Below are positions 16,294-25,973 of a stretch of 64,000 bases of DNA, piece after piece. The notes beneath the pieces are model-generated. The model saw nothing but the letters and a program-made list of their open reading frames with translations. It was not told the DNA's origin and made no database searches. Position 1 is the first letter of the stretch. Each line of letters starts with the position of its first letter. The position numbers and the translations under genes were made by a program. The stretch spans positions 1 through 64,000 of the forward strand of contig CAWFKQ010000010.1 in assembly GCA_963816395.1 (NCBI GenBank), read 5' to 3'. The DNA is from an uncultured delta proteobacterium. Lineage in GTDB: Bacteria; Desulfobacterota; Desulfuromonadia; Desulfuromonadales; JACZKF01.

Positions 16294-18258
16294 CTATACC
16301 TCCTGTTCTATCGGCAGCCGGATGGTGACCGTCGTCCCCTCGCCTACCGTACTTTCCAGAATGATCCGCCCGTGGTGCTGTTCGATAATCTGCCGGGTGA
16401 TCGCCAGGCCCAGGCCGGTCCCCCGCGGCTTGGTGGTGAAGAAGGGTTCGAAGATCCGTTCCTGATTTTCCTCGGGAATCCCGGCACCGTTGTCGGCGAA
16501 AATGATATCGATAAAGCCTGCCTCTGCGAGGGTGGTGCGGACGACCAGCCGCCCCCCTTCCGACATGGCGGCGCCGGCATTGAGGATCAGGTTGATCGCC
16601 ACCTGCCGCAGCAGATCGCCATCGACCTCGATCGCCGGCAGGTCGGGGGTGAACTCGCAGCTGATCGTGACGTGGTGCATGTCGGTGTGGTTGGCGGCGA
16701 AATTGACGATCTGCTGCAGCAGATCGTTGATATCGGTGCGGGCCAGGGCCGGCTTCGGCGTGCGGGCATAGGACAGCAGATCCTGGACGATCTTCTTGCA
16801 GCGTTTGCTCTCCCGCTTGATTTCGTTGATGTATTTGTAGTTCGGGTCGTCCGCGCCGATCTTCCCTTCCAGATAGCTGGCGTAACCGAGGATCACCCCC
16901 AGGGGGTTATTGATCTCGTGCGCCACCCCCGAGGAGAGTACCCCCAATGAGGCCATTTTCCCCTGCTGCGCCAAGGTCGCCTCCATCTCCTGGTTGCGGC
17001 GGATGAAGCCGATCATCCGGTTGAAGGTGGCAGCCAGTTCCCCCAGTTCATCACCGCTCTCCACTTCCATCTGCTGGTCGAGGCGCCCCTGTTTCACTCG
17101 GCGGATAACGCCGATCATGTGGTGGATCGGCTCGGTGAGAATCCTGGAGGCGACAAAGACGAGGATTGTCGCCACTACTCCGACGACCAGCGACAGAAGC
17201 AGGATGCTGCTGCCGATGCGCCATTTGATCAGGTTCGCCTCATGGTAGAACTCCTCCTCGTAGGCGCTGACCGCGACGATCCAGTTCCAGGGTGCGAAAT
17301 AACGGTAGCGGACGATTTTCATCCGCGGCGCCGCATCGCCGGGTCCCTGCCAGGGGTAGCGGATCCAGCCGTCCTTCTTCTCCGCCATCTCCCGGATGAA
17401 AGCGCGGCCGGCGGCATCCCGGGCATTGATGATGTTTCCCCCCTCGGCATCGGGGTGAATCGTGAGAGTGCCCTGCCGGTCCATGCAGAAGATATATCCG
17501 GTCTGCCCCACCCGCTTTCCCTTGAGCTTGTTCTTCAACTCATTGAAGGAGCGTTTTTCAAAGGCCAGGTCCTCGTAGGTTTCCTCCAGGTAGCCGCCGA
17601 CGGCGATGATCCAGTCCCAGTCCGGAAAATAACGGTAGGCGACGACCTTGCGCCGGGGATAGCGATCCCCCAAGGTCTCGTTGCGCCAGGGATAGATGAT
17701 GTACAGCACCTGGCCTGGCGGCGACTTCTTCGCCGCCAGGCACATGGTGCGGATGAAGTAGCGGCCGTCCTCGTCCCGCTCGTCGTAGATGTTCTCTCCC
17801 TCGCGGGCGATATGAACGGTAAGGTCCCCCTTGCTGGTCATGGCATAGATATAGCCGGACTGGCCGACGCTGACCCGCTTGAGGGCCTTGCGCGCTTCTT
17901 CCTTGGCGGTCGCCAGGGAAACGCCGCCGCTCACGTACTGCTGGTGCTGCCCCTCGACCAGGCTGAAGGCGAGATTGTCCAGGGTGGCCAGTTCCGCCCG
18001 GACGGTTTTTTCCTTGTCTTTTCTGTAGACCTCGAACTGTTGGTAATGGGCGTCCAGCAGGTCGATGGCGAAGCGGGCCATGTGGTCCAGGTCGTCCATG
18101 CTCGTCTGGGTGATGCCCCGGTATGCCTGCCGGGTGGCAATGGTGCCGATTACCGCTCCGATCAGGAAGATCGGCAGAATGACCAGCGGCAGGACCACCA
18201 CCAGCATTTTCCAGCGCAGTTTCAGTTTATTGATGAAGGTGAATATGAATCGGTTCAT
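16294..18258 (-). CDS. Sensor histidine kinase with tandem Cache_2-like domains and HAMP
   Basis: Two repeats of GYI..M...G.LT.H...EG.NI...RD..GR.FIR.M...I.YPW...RYF..W.WI; AHEINNPL H-box; FFTTK..GTGLGL. Confidence 0.93.
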   Translation of the reverse strand: MNRFIFTFINKLKLRWKMLVVVLPLVILPIFLIGAVIGTIATRQAYRGITQTSMDDLDHMARFAIDLLDAHYQQFEVYRKDKEKTVRAELATLDNLAFSLVEGQHQQYVSGGVSLATAKEEARKALKRVSVGQSGYIYAMTSKGDLTVHIAREGENIYDERDEDGRYFIRTMCLAAKKSPPGQVLYIIYPWRNETLGDRYPRRKVVAYRYFPDWDWIIAVGGYLEETYEDLAFEKRSFNELKNKLKGKRVGQTGYIFCMDRQGTLTIHPDAEGGNIINARDAAGRAFIREMAEKKDGWIRYPWQGPGDAAPRMKIVRYRYFAPWNWIVAVSAYEEEFYHEANLIKWRIGSSILLLSLVVGVVATILVFVASRILTEPIHHMIGVIRRVKQGRLDQQMEVESGDELGELAATFNRMIGFIRRNQEMEATLAQQGKMASLGVLSSGVAHEINNPLGVILGYASYLEGKIGADDPNYKYINEIKRESKRCKKIVQDLLSYARTPKPALARTDINDLLQQIVNFAANHTDMHHVTISCEFTPDLPAIEVDGDLLRQVAINLILNAGAAMSEGGRLVVRTTLAEAGFIDIIFADNGAGIPEENQERIFEPFFTTKPRGTGLGLAITRQIIEQHHGRIILESTVGEGTTVTIRLPIEQEV

Positions 18259-18363
18259 GCCGCTCGCAATCCGTCGGAAAAATTACAGAATTATCATGTC
18301 TGCAGCGAGGATAAGTCAAGGACGGAGGAGGCAGACCGTGGCACGCGGAAGCGGAGCGGCCGT

Positions 18364-19506
18364 CTAGCCCGGCCGCTCCGCTTCGACCGCTTCCGGCAGG
18401 GCGAAGGTGCGCCGGTAGTGATGAATTTCCAGTATGGCGATCTTGACGGCGCTGGCGACCGGTACGCCGATGATCATCCCCAGCACCCCGTACAGCTTGC
18501 CGCCCATGATGATGGCGATAATCACCAGCAGTGGATGCAGGTCGGAAACCCGCGAGATCAGGATCGGGATGAGGATGAAGCCGTCGACGATCACCTGGGC
18601 AATGAGAAAGTAGACGATGAAGATCCACAAGAACTGGGGCCCCAGGCCGAGGTCGACCAGGGCGATCAGGAGCCCGGGGATCATGCCGATGAGCGGGCCG
18701 ATGTAGGGGATCAGATTGGTCACCCCGGCGAACAGGCCGAGGAAGAAGACGTAGCGGATATCTGTGCAGGAGAGGCCGGCGGCGACCACCAGGCCGACGA
18801 TGAAGGCCTCGATGACGCGGCCGCGGATGAACTGCGCCATCTGCCGGCCGACCAGATAGAAGAGGTCGTGCACCATTTCGAAATGGCGGTTGGGCGCCAG
18901 GGAGATGCAGGCGCGCAGGATGCGCTGGCCGTCGCGCAGGAAAAAGAAGCTGAACAGCGGCACCAGCAACAGCAGGCTGCCGACGCGCAGCGCCGATTTC
19001 GGCGTCGCCACCAGGATGTCCGCCACCAGAGTCTCGGCCGTGACCCGCACCCGCGCCGGCAGATCGTAGCTGTCGAGGAAGGAGAAGCGGCTATGCAGCG
19101 CCTCCTGCAGCTGCCTGAGGAAATCGATCAGGCGGGCCGTGTAGCGGGGGATGTCCCTCTGCAGCGAACTCCACATGTCCTGCCAGTGCGGCAGGAGCCA
19201 ACCGATGATGCCGGTGAACAGCAGAGTGACCAGGAGATAGACGATGAAGATGCTCGCCGTGCGCCCGATCTTCTCCCGCTCCACCAGGCGGACCAGCGGT
19301 TCGAGCAGAAAGGCGGTGATCAGCGACAGCAACAGGGGAAGCAGGAGCCCGTCGGTGGCGGCCCGCACCAGGGAGAGGAGGGCGGAAATGGAGCTGAAGA
19401 TAGCCAGCCCCGTTGCGATGGCAGCGGTCAGGGCCAGAAAGAGCAGAAGCAACTGCACCCGGGTGATATGATTGCGCTGGTCGGCGGTGGGATACATCTC
19501 AGCCAC
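18364..19506 (-). CDS. AI-2E family transporter
   Basis: FFFLRDG, NLIPYIGP, LHPLLVI and GMIIGVP motifs. Confidence 0.9.
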   Translation of the reverse strand: MAEMYPTADQRNHITRVQLLLLFLALTAAIATGLAIFSSISALLSLVRAATDGLLLPLLLSLITAFLLEPLVRLVEREKIGRTASIFIVYLLVTLLFTGIIGWLLPHWQDMWSSLQRDIPRYTARLIDFLRQLQEALHSRFSFLDSYDLPARVRVTAETLVADILVATPKSALRVGSLLLLVPLFSFFFLRDGQRILRACISLAPNRHFEMVHDLFYLVGRQMAQFIRGRVIEAFIVGLVVAAGLSCTDIRYVFFLGLFAGVTNLIPYIGPLIGMIPGLLIALVDLGLGPQFLWIFIVYFLIAQVIVDGFILIPILISRVSDLHPLLVIIAIIMGGKLYGVLGMIIGVPVASAVKIAILEIHHYRRTFALPEAVEAERPG

Positions 19507-20017
19507 CCCCGGTCGGGGCGGCTTCCAGGGCCACCTTGAGGCGACGGATTTCCTGGCCGGCGGCCTGCAGGCGCTCGCTGATGATGCGGGTCACCCCCAT
19601 CAGGACCTTGCAGGCGACCATCGGATGCTTCTGCGCCGTTTCCAGCAGGTCGGCGCGGAACAGGCCGACCAGTTCCGTACTTTCCAGGGTTCGCACGGAG
19701 GCGGTGCGGGCGGCCGGGGCGGTCAAGGTGGTCTCGCCGAAGAAGTCCCCCGGACCGAGCAGGGCCAGATCGGTTTCCCGGCCGCCGGCCTCGCGGAGGA
19801 AGATCCGCACCCCGCCGCTGCGGATGACGTACATCCCCGACCCCGGGTCGCCCTCTTCGAAGACGACTTCCCCGGCGGCATAACGGCGTATGTGGACCAG
19901 GGACTCCAGATAGCCGAGTTCGCGCCCTTTCAGTTCGGCGAATACCGGCACCGTGCCGAGGAACCAGGCCAGCGATTCCTCCTCCCGCCGAAAGATATTG
20001 CTCCATAGTGGATTCAC
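19499..20017 (-). CDS. Stand-alone cyclic nucleotide-binding domain protein
   Basis: VFEEGDPG.GMYVIRSG.V, GDFFGE and RTASVR; no HTH. Confidence 0.9.
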   Translation of the reverse strand: MNPLWSNIFRREEESLAWFLGTVPVFAELKGRELGYLESLVHIRRYAAGEVVFEEGDPGSGMYVIRSGGVRIFLREAGGRETDLALLGPGDFFGETTLTAPAARTASVRTLESTELVGLFRADLLETAQKHPMVACKVLMGVTRIISERLQAAGQEIRRLKVALEAAPTGGG

Positions 20018-20113
20018 GGCATTGCTCCCAGGCGAAAAACAGTCACCGATTATACCATCCGGGTCATGGATGGCCAGAAAAATCTGGTTTTATTTCCGGT
20101 GCTTGAGTATGCT

Positions 20114-20250
20114 GGCAAGAGGCGAGAGGCAAGAGGCAAGAGGCAAGAGGCCCAAGTTCCAAGTTAAGCCTCAAGCCTTGAAGCCTCGATAGCCGATAGC
20201 CGATAGCCGATAGCCGATAGCCGATAGCCGATAGCCGATAGCCGATAGCC
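20114..20250 (+). repeat. Compound heptamer tract: (GGCRAGA)5, degenerate units, then perfect (GATAGCC)9
   Basis: 20188-20250 is nine exact GATAGCC units ending 8 nt before the uvrC ATG. Confidence 0.95.
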
Positions 20251-20258
20251 AGCCGCAA

Positions 20259-22099
20259 ATGATCGATCCGAAAAAATTTCCCGCCTGCAGCGGCGTTTAC
20301 ATCATGAAAGGCGAGGACGGGGCCGTTCTCTATGTCGGCAAGGCGAAAAACCTGCGCGCCCGGCTGCGGACCTATTTTGCCGCCGGCGGCGACGGCCGCG
20401 CCCAGATCCGTTTTCTGCTCAACCGGGTGCGGCAGGTCGAGACGATCATCACCGATACCGAGAAGGAGGCCCTTCTCCTCGAGAACACCCTCATCAAGAA
20501 GCACCGGCCGCGCTACAACATCAACCTGCGCGACGACAAGACCTACGTGTCGCTGCGCCTCGATCCGCACGAGGAATTTCCCACCTTACAGATCACCCGC
20601 CGGGTGCGCCGCGACGGCGCCCTGTATTTCGGACCCTATTCCTCGGCCGGGGCGGTGCGCGAGACCCTGAAGGAGATCTACCGCATTTTCCCCCTGCGTC
20701 ACTACCCGCTGACGCTCTGCCGCCGCCGCAGCCGCCCCTGCCTGTTTTACCAGATCGGCCAGTGCAGCGCCCCCTGCCATGGAGCCATCAGCGCCGCCGA
20801 GTATGGGGAACTGGTGAAAGGGGTGATCGCTTTTCTTTCCGGGCGGGAGAGTGAGGTGATCGGCCTGCTGCGGCAGCGGATGAGTGCGGCGGCAGAGCAG
20901 CTGCGCTTCGAGGAGGCCGGCCGCCTGCGTGACCAGATCCGGGCCATCGAACTGACCGTGGAGAAACAGAAAGTCACGGAGGCGGGCGGCGGCGACCAGG
21001 ATGTGCTCGGTCTGCACCGGGAGGGGGGGAGGTGGAGATCGCCATCCTCTTCATCCGCCAGGGTAAGCTCATCGGCCGGCGCAGTTATCCGGTGGAATGG
21101 CGAATGGATGAGGATGAGCTGCTCTCCTCCTTTCTCCAGCAGTATTACGGGCGGGAGGTGTTCATTCCCGACGAGTTGCTGCTCCCCTTTCTCCCCGAGG
21201 ACGCCGAAACCCTGGCGGAATGGCTTTCCGAGCGAAAGGGGCAGCGGGTGACGGTGCTCGCTCCCCGCCGCGGGGTGCGGGTGCGGCTGGTCGAGATGGC
21301 GGCCCGCAATGCGGGCGAGGCCTTCCGCGAGCGGGGCAGCCGGCGCGAGGCACGCCAGGGGGTGCTGGAGGAGATCCAGGAGCGGCTGCATCTGCAGCGG
21401 CTGCCGCGGCGTCTGGAATGCTTCGATATCTCCAATGTGCAGGGGAGCTTCAGCGTCGGCAGCATGGCGGTGCTCCTCGACGGCGAGCCGGCCCGGGAGG
21501 AGTACCGCCATTTCCGCATCCGCACGGTGGCCGGAGCCGACGATTTCGCCTCCCTCTACGAGGTGCTCAAGCGGCGCCTTGGCCGCGCGCTGGCGGAGGA
21601 TGGCCTGCCTGACTGCATCCTCATCGATGGCGGCAAGGGGCAGTTGACAGTCCTGACCGCCGTTCTCGATGAACTCGGTTTGACCGGCCGCATCGATGCC
21701 GCCGGCATCGCCAAAAGCCGGGTGCTGGCCAATGTGCGGGGGAAGGCGGTAGAGCGCAGCGAAGAGCGTTTCTTCATACCCGGCCGCAAGAACCCGGTCC
21801 TGCTGCGCCAGGGCTCGCCGGCCCTGTTCCTGCTCGAACGCCTGCGCGACGAGGCGCACCGGTTCGCCATCACCTATCACCGCAAGCTGCGGAGCAAAAA
21901 TGCCCTGAAGTCCTCCCTGGAGGATATCCCGGGCATCGGTCCGGCCCGGCGCCGCGCCTTGCTCCGGCATTTCGGCAGCCTGAAAAAGATCCGGGAGGCC
22001 AACCTCGAAGAGCTGATGGCCGCCCCCGGGCTGCCGGAGCCCCTGGCCCGAAAGGTTTATGCATCTTGTCGCGGCGAGGATATCCCTGCAGATCAGTAA
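20259..22099 (+). CDS. uvrC: Excinuclease ABC subunit C (frameshift near 21030, in a G run)
   Basis: [20 protein letters not shown] domain; [24 protein letters not shown] and HhH. Confidence 0.97.
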
Positions 22100-22145
22100 G
22101 CGGGACAGGAATCGAAGCATTCTCAGCCCGCCTGCCGGAGCGGAT

Positions 22146-23117
22146 TCAACCGCTCCCCCCGCCATCCTCCTTTTCCCCCGGCAAGAGCCGGGCCGCCACC
22201 GGCGCCTTGAAGGTGAGCGTGCGGTAGGGAAAGGGGATCTCGATCCCCGCCGCATCCAGCGCCCCTTTGATTGCCGTCACCACTTCTCCCCGCGAACGGC
22301 GCAGGTCTACCGGTTTCGGATCGGTCCACCAGGCGACCTCGATGTCGATGCTGCTTTCTCCGAAGCCCTGGGGGAAAACCTGAACGGCCGGCCGCGGGTG
22401 CACCGTGGCGCAGCCTTCCACCGCCTTTTGAATGACCTCCACCGCCTTTTCCACCTTCTCTCCGTAGGCGATGCCGGTGATGATGCTTACCCGCCGCCGC
22501 GGCCGGAAGGTATAGATCTGGACGGGGTTCTTGAACAGGAAGGAGTTGGGAACGATCACCAGTTCGCCGCTGACTTTGCGGACGATGGTCATGCGGATGG
22601 TGACGTTCATGACCTTCCCCTCGATCCCCTGGCATTCGATGAAATCGCCGTTTTCGAAGGGGAAGCGCCAGAGGATGAGCACTCCGGCAAAAAAATTCTC
22701 GAAGATGTCCTTGAACGCGAAGCCGACCGCCAGGGACACGATCCCCAAGCCACCCAAGGCTCTGGTCGGGGTGAGACCGGGGAAAACGACCACCGCCGCC
22801 AGGAGCAGGCCGAGGATCCAGATGCCGATGATCGCCAGCCGGACCACCAATTCCTGCAGCGAAGGGCGCAGGCGGGAGCGGTGCAGCAGGGTGCGGCCGA
22901 ATCGGGAAAAGAGAGCGGCGGCAATCCAGGTGACGATGAGGATGATCAGTCCGGCGGTGAGAAAGGGGAGGCGCTGAAGAAAGTCGAGCCAGAATCCTCG
23001 AAGCGTGTCCCGCAGCGTGGCGGTGACCACGTTCACACTGTTGCCGCCGCCGGCGGGCACGGCGGCCGTTGCCGTCAGGAGCAGCCGTGGCGGGGTCGCC
23101 GGGGGTATATGCCGCAT
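22146..23117 (-). CDS. mscS: Small-conductance mechanosensitive channel family protein
   Basis: AVGFAFKDIFENFFAG, PFENGDFI, IVPNS and GIEIPFP. Confidence 0.88.
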   Translation of the reverse strand: MRHIPPATPPRLLLTATAAVPAGGGNSVNVVTATLRDTLRGFWLDFLQRLPFLTAGLIILIVTWIAAALFSRFGRTLLHRSRLRPSLQELVVRLAIIGIWILGLLLAAVVVFPGLTPTRALGGLGIVSLAVGFAFKDIFENFFAGVLILWRFPFENGDFIECQGIEGKVMNVTIRMTIVRKVSGELVIVPNSFLFKNPVQIYTFRPRRRVSIITGIAYGEKVEKAVEVIQKAVEGCATVHPRPAVQVFPQGFGESSIDIEVAWWTDPKPVDLRRSRGEVVTAIKGALDAAGIEIPFPYRTLTFKAPVAARLLPGEKEDGGGSG

Positions 23118-23134
23118 CGATTTTCCCTCTGCCT

Positions 23135-23665
23135 TCAACTTCCTGAAAGAGTGCGGCTGCCGCCGGAATTTTCCCGCAGGGCGCATTCCTCGTGGTGAAT
23201 GCGCCGGCGCAGGACAGCCAGATTCGCCAGGGTGAAGATGAAAAGGGTGACCGGAGCCCGCATCAGCAGGGGAAGGACGGCAAACTCGAGAGTCACCGCC
23301 AGGTAGTTGGGGTGGCGCAGCAGGCGATAGGGCCCCCGGCGTACCAGGGCTTCCCCCGGCACGACAATGATCCGGGTATTCCAATGATCTCCCAGGGTGA
23401 CGATGCACCAGTAGCGCAGGGCCTGCAGCAGGAGGAGGACGCCCAGACAGAAGAAGGTGAGGGCGTCGAGGGGGATGCGCCAGGGCCATGATTCGCTGAG
23501 CAGGGCGGCAAAGAAGAGGACGTGCAGCACCACCACCCCACGGTAGGTGTGTGCGGCGACTTCGCGGCCGCCGCGGGCCAACAGGCGACGGCGATTGCGG
23601 CCGGCGAGCCACAGTTCGAAGCCGCGTTCGACAAAATAGAAAGTGAAGACCCAGGCGAGAGACAT
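23135..23665 (-). CDS. Isoprenylcysteine carboxyl methyltransferase family protein (BpsB/SrsB-like)
   Basis: LG.HWNTRI, GPYRLLRHPNY and RRIHHEE. Confidence 0.85.
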   Translation of the reverse strand: MSLAWVFTFYFVERGFELWLAGRNRRRLLARGGREVAAHTYRGVVVLHVLFFAALLSESWPWRIPLDALTFFCLGVLLLLQALRYWCIVTLGDHWNTRIIVVPGEALVRRGPYRLLRHPNYLAVTLEFAVLPLLMRAPVTLFIFTLANLAVLRRRIHHEECALRENSGGSRTLSGS

Positions 23666-23731
23666 CAGACCTCCAGAGCTTAAGTTCGGCGGGAAAGACC
23701 GGTCCGAGATCCGGCAGCTCCCCAGCAGCGG

Positions 23732-24859
23732 TCAGCGGCGGCCGACGATTTCGAAAAGGGTGATCTCCGGCGGCGCCAGTACCCGCATCGGCGGTCCCCA
23801 GGTGCCGGTTCCCCGGCTGGTGTAGAGAACCGAGCCATCGGCCAGGGAATAACGGCCGTCCTGCATGGGATAGAAGAAACCGGTGACCCAGTTAAAGGGA
23901 AAAATCTGCCCCCGGTGGGTATGGCCCGACAACTGCAGGTCGAAACGACCGAGGGCCTCCGGGTTCACCTGCGGCCGATGCTTGAGGAGAATGGTGAAAG
24001 GCTTGCCGATTGCTGACGGCAGGAGGGTCGTCTCGTCGGCTTCGCCTCCGGCCGCGGGATCGTCCACTCCGGCTATCGTCAGCTGGTCGCTGAGATTCAG
24101 GGTGCGGTTGCGCAGGAGAACAAACCCCGCGCGGTGCAGGAAATCGGCGGCCGGCGCGATGCCGGCGTAAAACTCATGATTGCCGGTGACGGCGATCTTG
24201 CCGAGCGGCGGACGAAAGGCTGCCAGCGGGGCGGCTACGGCATCCAGATGGTCGAGCTGAGCATCGACCGTGTCGCCGGTCGCCACAAGCAGATCCGGGC
24301 GCAAGGCCTCCAAGCGGGAGAGGATGTGCTGAACCGTCCGCCGGCCATGCAGCAGCCCAAGGTGCAGATCGGAAATTTGCGCTATCCGGAGCGGCGGGGC
24401 ATCGGCCGGCAGTTTGTCGGTCTCAATGCGGATTTTTTCCATTCTCGGCCGGCCGGCGGCAATGATGCCGTAGCACCCCGCCGCGACGACCAGCAGCAGG
24501 ACCGCGGCGGTCGTCCGGGGCCCTGCCGCGTAAGCGGCGGCAGCAGGCGCCGGCCAGGTCAGCAGCCGCAGGATCAGGTTCCAGGCGAAGAGGGTGACCA
24601 GGGCGGAAAAGGCCAGGAAGAGAAAACCCATCCAGAGATAGCCGGCCAGGGCCAGGGTCCGGGCCATTCCGGATAGCCCCCAGCGGTGGAGGAGCCGAAC
24701 CAGAATGGGGGCGATGACCATCAGGGCCATCCACAGCCCGAGAGGGAGGGCGGCGCGCGGCGTTCTTGCCAACAGCGGCTGCACGCCGAAAAAGACGGCC
24801 ACGTGCATTGCGGCGTAAATGGCGAGGAAGATCAGAAGAAAGATGAGGAACCGAAGCAT
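23732..24859 (-). CDS. Membrane-anchored metallophosphoesterase (YkuE/YaeI-like)
   Basis: SDLHLG, TGD, GNHE, LSGHTHRGQ and SRGTGTWGPPMR. Confidence 0.9.
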   Translation of the reverse strand: MLRFLIFLLIFLAIYAAMHVAVFFGVQPLLARTPRAALPLGLWMALMVIAPILVRLLHRWGLSGMARTLALAGYLWMGFLFLAFSALVTLFAWNLILRLLTWPAPAAAAYAAGPRTTAAVLLLVVAAGCYGIIAAGRPRMEKIRIETDKLPADAPPLRIAQISDLHLGLLHGRRTVQHILSRLEALRPDLLVATGDTVDAQLDHLDAVAAPLAAFRPPLGKIAVTGNHEFYAGIAPAADFLHRAGFVLLRNRTLNLSDQLTIAGVDDPAAGGEADETTLLPSAIGKPFTILLKHRPQVNPEALGRFDLQLSGHTHRGQIFPFNWVTGFFYPMQDGRYSLADGSVLYTSRGTGTWGPPMRVLAPPEITLFEIVGRR

Positions 24860-24890
24860 CCGGGCAGCCTCCATCGGGATAAAATACCAT

Positions 24891-24926
24891 AAAAAAAGCC
24901 TCCGGCGGTGTACGGCCGGAGGCTTC
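24891..24926 (-). terminator. Intrinsic terminator
   Basis: AAGCCTCCGG-loop-CCGGAGGCTTTTTTT. Confidence 0.8.
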
Positions 24927-24948
24927 GGTGCGGATTTTGTCGGGTTGC

Positions 24949-25728
24949 TTACTCTACCTTGACTTTGGCATCTTCGATGATGAGGGCATATTTATAGCCG
25001 TAGCCGAAATCTTTGTCGGCGCTCAGTTTGCCGGTGATCAGAACGGTATCCCCCACCTTGGCCTTGTCGGCGGTGGTCACCGTCAGGTCATTGGCGCTGG
25101 TCTTTCCGGTTCCGTCCTGGACGTGCAGCCAATTCTTGCCCATGATCTGCGGGCTGAATTTGACCACCTTGCCCCGCAGCACCACTTCTTTGCCGGCCAG
25201 GTTGTCCTTGCCGGCGAAGATCTCGCCGACGGTCTTGCCCCCCTCAGCCTTCTTCAGACCGGAGAAATCGACGTCCTTGGGCTTTTCGTTGCTGATGGGC
25301 GGATGCCCCTCCGGCATTTTGGCTTCGGCCTGGACCGCCTGCGCGCCACCCACCAGAATCGAATTGACGAAATAGATCTGGTCGAAGGTGCGGTTCAGGG
25401 TCTTGCTGTGATGACCCGTCATCAGCATTCCCGAGGGAACGACTACAGGATCGCCGACCTTGACGGCGAACTCGGGGGCGGCCGCCCAGATCTTTTCCGT
25501 CCCGGTATCCACCTGGACATAGGTGTAGCCGCCGCCGTTCATCGTTTCGACGACCTTACCGGTTTTGCTGGCGGCCGGAGCATTCTCAGCCTGGGCCGGG
25601 GCCGCGTTCTGGGCCTGGGCCGCAGCGGGTTTTTCCTGTTGGGTGACTTGCGGGGCTTTCTCCTTGCAGCCGGCGGTCAGGGCCAGGGCGGTCAGGCCGG
25701 CCACCATGAGTAGAAGGGACTTTTTCAC
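24949..25728 (-). CDS. Lipoprotein with two OB-fold-like domains (NrfJ-related)
   Basis: Lipobox LTAGC; GYTYVQV..WAA, SKTLNRTFD, MPEGHPP and IMGKNWLHVQDG; GGAGG RBS before GTG. Confidence 0.65.
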   Translation of the reverse strand: MKKSLLLMVAGLTALALTAGCKEKAPQVTQQEKPAAAQAQNAAPAQAENAPAASKTGKVVETMNGGGYTYVQVDTGTEKIWAAAPEFAVKVGDPVVVPSGMLMTGHHSKTLNRTFDQIYFVNSILVGGAQAVQAEAKMPEGHPPISNEKPKDVDFSGLKKAEGGKTVGEIFAGKDNLAGKEVVLRGKVVKFSPQIMGKNWLHVQDGTGKTSANDLTVTTADKAKVGDTVLITGKLSADKDFGYGYKYALIIEDAKVKVE

Positions 25729-25973
25729 GGGTATTCCTCCAGATTGGATTGGAATGGGCGGGCGGGAAGCCCGGTTGGGTGCGGCTGTGCGCAAAATCCG
25801 CCGAACTTTACCACACCTCGCATCAGCGAGGCAAGAGTTATGAGGCGGCCGCGCCGGGCGGCGATTTTTTTCTCCGGACCCTGGACTTGCAGCGGATGAG
25901 CTGGTATTTATATCGGATATCCTTAACGAACGGGTTCTTCCCGATATTTCATCATGTAGGAGGAGAGCAAGCG

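Noticed and set aside
17119..19539. Long antisense ORFs (806 aa here; also 4778-6352, 35639-37300, 60186-62066)
   Set aside because: They are shadow frames opposite well-supported genes, expected at high GC, with no recognisable motifs.
20114..20250. Repeat tracts as a CRISPR array
   Set aside because: The units are 7 bp with no unique spacers, and no cas genes are present.
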